This document shows, in pieces, positions 39,496 through 50,712 of a DNA stretch of 64,000 nt. Position 1 is the stretch's first letter. Each line of letters opens with the position of its first letter. The notes under the pieces were generated by a model. It saw only the letters and a list, made by a program, of their open reading frames with translations. It was not told where the DNA came from and did no database searches. The translations under genes were made by a program, and so were the position numbers. The stretch comes from Selaginella moellendorffii. Lineage: Eukaryota; Plantae; Lycopodiophyta. The stretch spans positions 1,589,882-1,653,881 of the forward strand of contig NW_003314281.1 of the NCBI RefSeq assembly GCF_000143415.4. Direction: 5' to 3'.

Positions 39496-41922
39496 ATGCA
39501 GGAAGAACAAGAGCAACAGAAAATGGAGAAAGTGGAGATCGTCTTTTGGTTGTTCTTTGCTCTAGGCCTCTCGCAAATGCTGGGATCCTCCTCCAAGAAC
39601 GAGGCGGATGTTCTTCTCGAGTTCAAGAAGGGTATAAACGACACACAAGGCACTCTTCTTGACTGGAACCCGGGCAATGTTGCCAACATGTGTGTTTGGG
39701 CAGGAATCTCATGCGATTCTTCCACCAGCGTCGTCTCGATCAGGCTTACATCTCTCCTCTTGCAGGGAAGTATATCGCCCTCGACACAGCTCAGAGAGCT
39801 CAACTTGTCACGTAACTATTACATGTCCGGTGAGATTCCCAGCGAGATCACAAACTGTTCTCTCCTTGAGGTGTTAGATCTCTCCTACAATCTCTTCCAG
39901 GGCCGGATTCCAGGCTTCTTGGGACGGCTTCAACGTCTACGCCATCCTTCCCTGGAACTATTACAACCAGGAGATTCCTCGAGCCTGGCAAATTGCTCGT
40001 CTCTCAAAGTCATTGATCTCTCGAGAAACCAGCTTGGTGACCGCATTCCGGAGTCCCTGGGTCAGCTTTCCAGGCTGCAAAATCTCTCTCTGGCTGAAAA
40101 TTCCTACATGCAGGCCTCGTCCAGCTCCACCTCGCGATTCCTGGGCCGAAGAACCCTGCGGCGCATCCCCGGATACTTGTTGCCGCCGCTGCTTCCCGAG
40201 GATCTGTGGAACACTGCCTCAGAAGCTTGAGCAATTGCTGCTCTCCCTTCTCACGCATCGAAGTTTCTTAAAATTGTGAACGTGTTACGTCTGGCTAAAA
40301 CCAGCTGACATCGATCCCACCTGAGATCTTTGGTGGGGATGACTGCGCTCTTGAAGCAATCGACATGTCCCGCAACAACTTGTCCACAGTAATTCCGGAA
40401 CCTTTGGTGGACTGCCTGTCCCTGGTGGATCTATCCGTTAACAATCTACAAGGAGGCCTACCGAGTGGAATGGCAAAGCTCCGGAACTTAACATCCATGA
40501 TCGTCTCAAGAACAACTTGACTGGGCCTTTGTTTCCACAGGTCGGCTCACTGGAGAAGCTGAATACTTTGGACCTTCATGGAACAGGTTCTCAGGAGCCT
40601 TGAGGGAAGACTACTCCCCAGGTTCGTCGATGCGGCGACTCGATCTCTCTTACAACGAGCTCTCTGGCAAAGTTCCTCCAGGCATTGGCAACTTGTCAAA
40701 GCTCACGAGGCTTGACCTTTCCAGTAACCATCTCTCCGGTGTCATTCCTTCGGAGCTTGGACGCTGCTCTTCCATAACGCTGCTGGACCTGTCAAGCTTC
40801 CAAAGACGATGGACAGTTTCAAAAAGCTTCTCATCCTCAATGTAGGAGATATGTGCTTGGTGAGGTGACCATGGGCTTTGGAGCCACTAAACACCTAGTG
40901 GCCTTGCAACTTGGGCAGAACCAACTCACTGGCCCTCTCCCATACAGTCCAAACGCGGTGCAAGTCTCAAGCCAAACTCGGCAGCATGACTAGCCACTTT
41001 GCACTGGGATCCAAGTGCTAGACCTGTGAATGAACTTCCAGGGCATGTTTCCAGAGATAGTTTGCAAGTGGTGGAGATCATTCCCAATGCTTTTACGCTC
41101 ACATTGGTGGCTTTGAAACCTTGCATGAGATCGAGCTGGTCGGGCAAAGCACCAGTAAGGTGGTTGCTGGAGAGATCAATCACTTGAAGATTGGTGAGGT
41201 TGGCGATGCATGCCTAGGATATTGTTGTTTGCGAGTGACAAGACCATCAAGCAAGTCTCCTGGGTGTATACCTTTGGCGGTGGCATGTTTGACTACGGGA
41301 TCACCCTGCGAGGAGTATATACCAACATATCAAACCTCGTTGATTCGTTCACGCTCATGGACTTCTCAAACAACGAGCTCGAAGGTGAGCTCCTCCTCAC
41401 ACTTTCTCGGCTTGTGGGTCTCATGCAGCTCAACATCTCGAGCAACAGATTCTCTGGACGCATCCCAGTTGGACTCTCCATGCTTAAGGTGCTGGAATCA
41501 CTTGACCTGTCGCACAACTTCGAGGGTGGCATTCTGCAGGAGATTGCGTTCATGCCAGTTTCAGCGTTGCCTACAACAATCTCAGTGGTCCTATTCCTAC
41601 TGGCAACAACCTCAACACCAGGTTTCTGGATGCCTTTACAGGCAACACTCTCTTGTGTGGATTCCCACTCTCAGCATGCAATGCTTCGACATCTAATTCC
41701 TCGACCAACATCCCAGTACATGCCACCAACACTGATACATTCTTCATCTTGGGCTTTCTCTGTGGTGTTATCCTGCAGTGGTGTTCACCAGCAAAATCCA
41801 GATGGTCATCAGCATGTTCTACAAGTTCCAAGAAGATGGAGATCATTCAAAGCTGGATTTTACTGCACAGGCAATCCCACAGCAGCAGTCAAGTCTTGCC
41901 ACCCCCCAGCAACTTAGCTTAA
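39496..41922 (+). pseudogene. LRR receptor-like protein pseudogene, copy 2
   Basis: Colinear with 50713-53586 but with frameshifts, a ~408-bp deletion, a ~94-bp foreign insert and a 182-bp inversion. Confidence 0.92.
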
Positions 41923-44900
41923 TGTAAACACTATAATAAAGGTACCACCTTTTCAAAGCTGTGGTATAGATGAGAGAAACAAGAGTTGATAAGAATGGCC
42001 AGGTGTTAAAGAGGTTGCATTCAGTTCAGATGAAATTCAAAACCTTAAGGAATCTGATTTTAATCTTGAGAAGAGGAAAATTGAAGATATAAATGATAGA
42101 ACTAGCATTGTTCCCATAAAGATGCACAAGAGGTTAGTAAGAAAAGGTGAATTTATTAGTATAATCTCTAAGCAGAAGGAAGGTAAAATAAACTTCACTC
42201 AAATGCTTTAATGTGAAATTCTTTTCATAAAGTACATTATTGAGTTAATGAAGGAGTATATTGTAAAAACAAAAGGTCGAAAGTACATAATTGCCATTCA
42301 AGATTATTATACACATGTCTAAACTTTACGAAGGAGGAACATGGGAAGGCATATGCTTTTTGCAAGCATATGTACTAGATATCCATTAACATCTTGCACC
42401 AGGATCCTAAAGTGGATGTTTATATACATTAACCAACCCTTATTATTATTGAGTTGAAGAAGACTCTTGGAGATTATGTTCATTCTTCATCGATAATATA
42501 AGCTTTTGTATTTTATATAATTAGTTTTCGTTTTATATATATATACACAAGTTTTCTCTTTGCAATATACCCATAATATTCATGTGTCTCATAGTTGCTA
42601 GAGAATCTTAATTCAATCTTGATAATTTTAAAAAGCACAAATTTAAATCCTATCTTATTTAAAATTCTAAAGAACCTACCTATTTTAGCTTGTAGTAAAT
42701 AATTAAATTCTTGGATAAGAAATCTCTACCAAAATATTTTTATTTATATAAAATGCAAAAAGATGTTAGGTTGAATGTTAATTTTTTAAACTTTGTAATG
42801 TTTGTATTGAACTACATTTGAAATTTGAGCTCAACTCATGAGCTCAAGAGTGATCTGTACTCGGTAGAAGTAACTACCATAAATGAAGGAGGCCATTAGA
42901 TTTTTGCAGACCTAACCAGAAAAGTTGGTCCAAATGTTCAAAAGCTAATTTGGAGATAGTGCAATCTAAATAGCACTGTAAGCTCAAAAACATTATCCAA
43001 CCCAATCTAATTAAAAACAGACATGGTGGTATATATTAGATATAGAGTTGTGCTCCAATATTGTGATGGCATAGTATATGGCCTCTAACCAAGGTGGCTC
43101 ACAATCATACATATCCCTCTTATTAAAACAGTGAAAAGAAAGAAAGAGGGACCACCTCCTACCACCCACCTTCCTTATGGAGCCACCACAGTAGCACTAG
43201 AATCAACCTACACTGTAGTGTTGCCACAATAGAGTGGAAGACACAAATAGGGTTATTCTAAAGGCAAGAAAAAAATATAACAATGAATACCTGAGTGAGT
43301 TCCCAAGGAATAATCACAAACATTCTATTGAGTGCTTGGCTTGAAAGACGGGAGCATCCCTGAAGTGGAGCAAGTTCCTCAAATATCCTAATAGTAAGAG
43401 GCAACTAACATGATTTAAACATTTCTTTGGACTTGGAGGGAGGCTATAAGCCTGGTTAATATGGCAATATTTTATAGTGCCTTGTGTTTAGAACCATCAA
43501 CAACATGAAAAATGCTATATACATAGAGTAATCTGAAATAATTCATATTATTGTTACAATCCTTGCAGAAGCCAAAGTCCTCAAAGTTTCTTGTTCAACC
43601 TCTTGCAAATGCAGCAAGAATAGTTCATTGACACCTCTCATGGATTGGTAGGGATGAAATAGCTAGTATAAAGATAAAAACAACACAAAAATGTATAGCA
43701 AAAGTATACCCTATAAACCAGTTATAACACAAAGTTGCTATTGCGTATAAATGATTTGCCAAGTCTTGCTATGCCTTGTGGTTAGATGCCAATACCCAAG
43801 CACACACACCAAAGCAACTACTAAAGAGTTATGTAGGAATAAAAAGTTTGTCATCTTATTCATTTTCCAATAGATTGGCTAGTAATCTCACCATATCTGC
43901 CCATAGTGAGGGAAGAAAGAAAATAATCTATTAAACAACATAAAATCAAAAATATATTTAGTCTTCTTTTGTTTCCATATCCAAACAAGCAGGAATGGAT
44001 ATAATAGAATGCTCCTTCACCATAGGCTTGTGTTGCATGTAATGTTATGCTATTTGTACAAGTAAATAGAATTGACTTTGGTTCATATGATCATCCATAT
44101 CATCAAGATCAAGCATGTGCACTGAAACACCTCATGTGTACAAGTATGAATCTAATGACAAAGAAACATCTAAGAATAAATATTATAAATTACTTCAAAC
44201 ACTAATGTGAAACACAAATCCCTAAGGCCTAAAGTGGGCCGAAAATGTGCCATATGGTAGTAATCAAAATGGAAGTCCAACTAGCATAACACGTTTGGAC
44301 CAAAAGTTTCAATTTAGAAAGTCAAGAGCAGGAGTGGAACTCCAAACAAAGTGTTCAAGGAATGAGCATGAAGCGATTGATGAATGAGCGTCTAGAAAAA
44401 TACATAAAAAGGACTAACACATGGCAAATGTCATGACATATGGAAGTGTCAAAATGGAGTCTGAGATAGAGTCGGATATAGAGTCCAAGATGGAGTCTAT
44501 GATGAACTCAAAATGGAGTTCAAGATGGAGTCCAAAATAGAGTCCAATAAGGACTCTAAGATGGACCCAAGATAGAGTTCGAGATGGACCAAAGATGGAA
44601 TTTAAGATGAATTTGAGATGGATTGAGACCAAGACCAAGATTGAGACTAAAGTTGACTCTAAGTCTAAGACCAAGACTGAGGCTAAGTCCGAGTCTGAGT
44701 CTAAGTGTAAGTCCGAGTTTGAGTCTAAGTCCGAGTCCGAGTCTGAGTTCGAGGATGAAAGCATAAAGCGATTGTCTCCCAAACCCTTAGGGGTTTGGTG
44801 AGCTCCAAAAGTATAATAGGGGAGGACTCTAGTGGAGCCAATTTGGCTAGGAAAGGCCAATGTGACCAAGGAAGGCTATACCCATGTGTTGGATGATGAT

Positions 44901-45094
44901 ATAATTATTGAGGAGTCCAAGGCTAGAGTGAATATGAACAAACAAACAGGGTAGCTTAGTGAAGTGTTCAAGAGCCAGCTCTAGCTCCCTCAGGAGATCG
45001 AATGGTTAATGCTCCCAATCCAAGTGTTGGTGGCACTACCTACTTGGATACTTAGTATGGCTCATTAGAACATCACTCTAGCCATATGGCTAAG

Positions 45095-48000
45095 TGTAAG
45101 GAACTAATTCCCTGAGGTGTTGTAGGCTAAAGGATCCTTGAAAGCATGACCGAAATGATAAAGAGTTCATTGTATGAGACTGAGTATGAGATCGAGTCCA
45201 AGACTGATTCTGAGACCAAGTTCGAGACCAAGTCTGAGATCGAGTCCGAGGCTGACTTCAAGACTGAGTTCGAGACCGAGTCCGAGACTGAGTTAGAGAC
45301 CAAGTCTAAGATTCGAGATTTGAGATTGGGTCTGAGACCGAGAGAGAGAGGCCATGGTGTTTCCCCCTGGTGCCTCGAAGCAAGTGTTACACCCAAGGCT
45401 TGGGATTTAGAGGGTCTTGATCAAGTCTTGATTAAGTCTTGTTGTACCAAGGGATGTTAAAAACTTGGAGGTTTAGTGTGCTTGGCTGCTTGTGCCTGTA
45501 GGGAGTGTAGCCAAACCTTAAGTCCAATCCCGAAGAAGGGGATTGGGAGAGATTTGGAAATCTGTGGATGGATGGTTAACGCTCCATCGCTCGTGGAGTG
45601 AGTAGCTGAAATCAAGTAGGACCAAGTAGGAGCTGATATAATAGGCAAGAACCTTGGCAAGGTAATTTAACTAAGGCCAAGGTAGTGTTGGTCGAATAGA
45701 TGAGGTAAATTGGCAAATTAGAAAAGAAAAGTTTATGCCTTACAATTTGGTATCGGAGCCTTTTCCTCAGTTTTACCAAAGAATAAAGGCAGATTGCTGG
45801 GAGATGGCAAATGTAAGGCATAAAAGAACTAAGGCAGGATGGAATCTCCTTTAGAGCTGGAGCCTTTAGTCGAACAAGAAGCTATGGATAAAGAATCCTT
45901 GTATAAGGAGGACTCTAATGTAGAAACTTCCAAATAGGAGTCTAGTGGTGAGGTTCGATCATCCAAGATTTTAGAAGGAAAATTGGCAACAGACTAATGC
46001 TCTACTGGAGACTCTCATACACAAGCTAAGAAGCAGAAGAAAATGCAAAAGACTACAGATGCTAGCAACACAGAAAACATGGAACCTTTGGCAGGGACTG
46101 AGGTGGAACTGAACAAGGTCAAAAAAACCGAAGTGGAATCAGTCCTTCAAGCAATTCCCAAGTACAAACCAAAGCCCCTATTGGTCTTCAAGGAAGTGAA
46201 TGACTATAAGGTGGTGGAGGATTGGTTTTACGATATGGAGGATTACTTTCGAGTGTTGCGGTTATCGAGTTTGGAGAAGGTCCTATGTGCAAAACCATAC
46301 TTAACAGATAATGCTAAGTCTTTGGTGGAGAACAATAGAGGCAAATGAAGGACCGGTAGCCACTTGGGAAATGATGAAGGCGAGGATCTATATAACTTAC
46401 ATTCCTCCGAATGCTACTCTGCATCTAAAAAATAAGTTGAGTAGGCTGAAGTAGACCAAAACCATTCAAAAGTATGTGAATGTGTTTATGGCAAAGAGGG
46501 TATTTGTCACAAACATGGGTGATATGGATGCGTTCTATGCCTTCATATCAAGCTTGCAAACCTGGGATCGAAGCAAGGTGATGTGGAACCTAACCAACTA
46601 CAAAGAAGCATTGGATGTAGTTATTAAGGTGCATTTCAATGATAACTTATGAAAGGGGAACACAACAGGGTTGGAGTCCATGTTTAGCAAAGGAGCCAAA
46701 CCAAGGGGATATATGGCAAAGAGAAATTTATGAGTCCTTAGGGTTTTGGAAAGGCAGATTCGGAGGCTAGCAAGAAAATACATGGGAGAGTCAAGCAAAA
46801 AAGGACAAACCCACAGATAAAAAGGTCAAATCAACTAGTACCATGGGAAACAATATATACTTCAACTGCAGTGAAGTAAGACACTTTTTGAGAGAATGTC
46901 CATACCCAAAGAAAGCTAGAATCAATATAGCCATAAAGTCGGGTGAAAACCAAACTGAGGTATGTGATCCAATCCCTAGCTCAAAGTTATTTATTACATG
47001 AGTAATTTTGGTAGAGAATCGTTCGCAACATTTACTTGCCCTCTAAGGGAAGCTCAAAAATAACTTTGTTAAGATAACACAGGTGCTTTAGATAATTTTA
47101 TGGCTACAAACATAGTATAGCAAGCCGGACTAATAGTGTAGCAACTGGGTGAACCAAGGACTATAGAGTTTGTTCAAGGTAACTAAAACACTGATAAGGT
47201 ACTTCAACAAGCAAAAGTTGAAATAAGGACATGGAAAGTAGACATGGATTTCACCATGTTGGATATGGCGGGATTTGACATGATTTTCAGGATGGATTGG
47301 TTCAATCGGTTTATGGTAGCCCTGCATGGACAAGATAGGAACCTTGTGCTATTGGCAATGCCAAAGGAAAACGATTTAGGGTGGAGGCCTAAGATCTAAA
47401 AGTAGGGTAATGTAAGGCCAAAGACTCCTGCTTGAACCTGGTGTCCACAAGATGACAATTCACTAAAGGAACCAAAGTAGCATTTTTGTGTTTACTGTCG
47501 ATGAGGAGTAACAAAAAGACAAGAACAAAAGAAGTACCTTTAGTGATTTAATGGGTGTTAAATTAATTTCAAGATACCATGCCAAAGGAGTTACCGGCGG
47601 GGTTAACCCCCGAACAACTAGCAGAATATAAGATCGAGCTAGTCAAAGGTGCTAAGGCAGTGGTTCATCCCCCCTATTGTTTGAATGAAAAAGAACTCAA
47701 GAAGCTCAAACGCCAACTAGAAGAGTTAATGGATAAAAGGTATGTTAGGTTAAGCAGGTCACTGTATGGAGTGCTAGTGTTATTTGTGAAAAAGAAAGAT
47801 GGATTTATACGCATGTGCATAGACTATTGGTTGCTCAATAAATATACAAAGAAGAACAAGCATAATTTTGGATGGAGAGGGATTTGGTGGGAACAAAAGA
47901 AGGAACATTGGGAAGGGTGTTCCTTATGTCTCCAAGCATCTTAAGGTTGCTAAGGTGTGGTAAAAGGGTGACCACTCATGGACGGACGTGAGTCTAGGAC

Positions 48001-48300
48001 TAAGTCTTAGTCTTTGAAAGATGGGACTATAATATATGTAGTCTTGGACTACCAATGTGACAAGGGTGAATAGGTATAGCTTTAGTGTAATGGGTTGATA
48101 TGTTGGTAATACCTTTAGGTATCAGTCATAGGGTCAAACATGTAAAGCATTTAGACCAAATCTAAAGGCTAAGCGACATAAATGCTATTTATAGGGTTAG
48201 CATGTCTCTCTAAGTCAGAAATAAGAATTATGGAGTTTGTGAGTGAGACTCCTCTAAGTGGTCAAAGGTGTAGTTAATTAGTTAAAGTAGAATGGAAAAA
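45095..48300 (+). mobile_element. 3'-truncated Ty3/gypsy retrotransposon (family 2)
   Basis: LTR 45095-45744, PBS TGGTATCGGAGC 45748-45759, gag remnant (ORF 46043-46348), zinc-knuckle remnant near 46860-46900, and RT N-terminus ([22 protein letters not shown]...[18 protein letters not shown] 47579-47944). End is approximate. Confidence 0.88.
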
Positions 48301-50712
48301 TTAATTGCTTACAACTAACATCACCTATTGCAAAATCTCCCAAGAATATCCTTAAAGGCACATTTCTTCTCGAGTGCAAAAATAGCTCGGCCTATCTCTT
48401 TCACTGTATACAGACAAAATACCTCTAGCAAGATTTGCATGGCTGTGATTGAATGGTGTCAATAGCCAAGGAACACTAAGTGAAAAACCTCTAAGTTATA
48501 GAGCTATCAACTATCCTGTCCTGGTAAAGAAAGAGTAGCACACTCATTAGTTGTTCCTAATGTGGTATAGAGAATAGTAGTTCTAGGAATGAACCTAGAA
48601 AATCAGATCCACTAATCAAGCATATAAAGCTTGTAACTAATAGCATTTAGAAGTTATATGTAATTCCTAATGAAAATAGCAACTTCCTCAACATTAGCCA
48701 TTTGTAAGTTCTTGAATTTGAACTTCCTAAGAAGTCACCCAACTTAGTATTTTCAAACCCAAGAATGTTTAACCCCAAATATCCCAAAACCCTTAACCAA
48801 TTGGAAAAGGAAGTGCATTTTTGTTCATGGGCCCTTTCCCTTTATATTTTAATCCTTATGGATCATTTCTCAAGTCATTCCCTTTAATTAATTACAATCC
48901 ACCATGCTCCACCAAGCAATATTCAAAGCTAGCAAGTTTGTAGCAAAAACATCATCCACCATGCTTTGGGATTTCCTAATAAATGGTGGTAGATGATTGT
49001 TATTGCAATCTTCTACATGGATGTTGACCAATAGTGATCAAAAGGACATACACTATATTTAAAATTGGCTAGGCAAAATAAAGGTAGTTACTAAAATAGA
49101 CAATTAACTTCATAATTAACTATATTACTTATATAGAAATCTACATTTTGAATATCTTAAGTGAAACCAAAGGAAACCACTCCAATGCTTATGACAACAA
49201 CATTTCACAAACTCCAACATGGTGAGAAGGTTTGAGATTAAGATTTCATCATATGTTGCATAACACCAAATGTTGGCATAGTTGTAAACCTGTTTTCAGA
49301 CACAAAGAACTCCCACCAGGCATGTCAGAATAACAAAAGATAAGTGATGGTAATGGAGGAGGAGGACATAGTTGCCTACATAAAAAAATCAAGTTCAAGA
49401 TATGTCACTATCGACAGTAGGAGGAAAATGAAAACAACCTGAAATGAGTCATGGAATTGACAATGAAGAAAGAATTGTAGACTTGTTAGAGGACTCTAAG
49501 TAGATAAGGTTCACAATTATTATGTAGTATCGATTATAGTAATATATAACAGTTTGTGTATTAATATTAAATTTAACTTAACTAAAGTAGTTTAATCCAA
49601 TTCAACTATCAGTACCAAAATAAAAAGAAAGAACTGACAAAGTTACTTAAAAAAAAAAACTACATATCTAAGAACTGCTAGTGAAAAAAAAATGATAAAT
49701 AGGACGAACATAAAATTTAATAATTAACTTTACAGTATAGATAAAAGAACTATTTGGCCCCCAATAGAAGCTTACAGATGTTGTTAACACATATCCAATC
49801 GCACACTTGCTATTTGAAAGGAAATTCTAGATTATAGAGGAAACAAAAACACACACTTAGTACATTAGATTATTCAGATTTCACTCACTTCCACTATCAT
49901 CAAATACTTTAGGACTTTACTCCATGCCATTTTTCTTGGGATGAAAAGCATATAGTAGTGCCACAACCTCTTCACCTTCAAAATCAGATGAAATGTCAAT
50001 GATAGGCAGTGGACTGTTGGCATTTATATGCCATATTTCTTCAATGGATGGTTTAAACTCCAAATTCATTTGTGCACTAGGCTAATGAAGTTGGCAATCC
50101 ACAGCATAATTGGGTGAATCTAGGCACTAAAATGCCTCACCTACCTTAGGAGGATTTGACTCCACATTTTGATGCTCATTACCATCCATTTGTGAAGAGA
50201 CTTTTGATGAAGTGTTGGTTCTTGATTTGGAAGAAATAGATCCCTAGGTGAAAACATTAGAAGCTTTTATAAATGGAGCAAAAGGCTATTCAACACTAGG
50301 AGGAGAAAAAGTCCAACCAGACATTGCCAAAGAAATTACACAAGACTTTTGATCTATACACTATAGTGGCCACTAACAATTAAGCCCTCTTTATGTACTA
50401 AGGTGTATATAAATAAATGAAGTTTCAAACCCATCAATGGATAGTTAAACAACTAAACATAAAATAGTTACAAGACAAGTAGATCTACAAAAATAAGACA
50501 ATTAGATCTATAAAAATAAGACAAGTAAACTATACTTTTAGCCTGGAGACTCACATGTGTGCAATAAAGAATTGACAGGCTACATTTCAAACTACACACG
50601 GTAGTACAGGTTGACAAGGCTTCTGTATAAGCTGACTAGTGAAATTAAAATGAATATACTCTAAATATTCACTGACGTGGCAAGTTGCACACCCCTGTTC
50701 TTTAGAAGTCAG

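Larger units (their letters stand above)
33165..45028. repeat. Right arm of the 11,864-bp inverted duplication (probable donor copy)
   Basis: Mirror of 14801-26664. It carries the 3' LTR and TSD of element A in their original context. Confidence 0.97.

Noticed and set aside
39496-42000. LRR pseudogene as a retrocopy
   Set aside because: The parent is intronless and no poly-A tail or TSD is visible where homology ends (~41997), so this cannot be determined.
42900-44400. Possible MULE or Ulp1-protease remnant (mirror 15430-16930)
   Set aside because: Only vague Cys/His patterns with many stops. Cannot be supported without a search.
48900-50450. Possible DNA-transposon (CACTA-like) remnant
   Set aside because: No convincing motif or termini seen.
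50470-50530. 23-bp tandem repeat as a CRISPR-like array
   Set aside because: About 2.5 adjacent units with no spacers, in eukaryotic DNA.
50673-50681. TGACGTGGC bZIP/ABRE-like box upstream of the LRR gene
   Set aside because: A single short motif ~30 bp from the ATG and not conserved in the paralog. Insufficient support.
50677-50712. ORF-track start of the LRR gene (865 aa)
   Set aside because: It begins at GTG. The eukaryotic start is ATG 50713 or 50740, and similarity to the paralog begins there.
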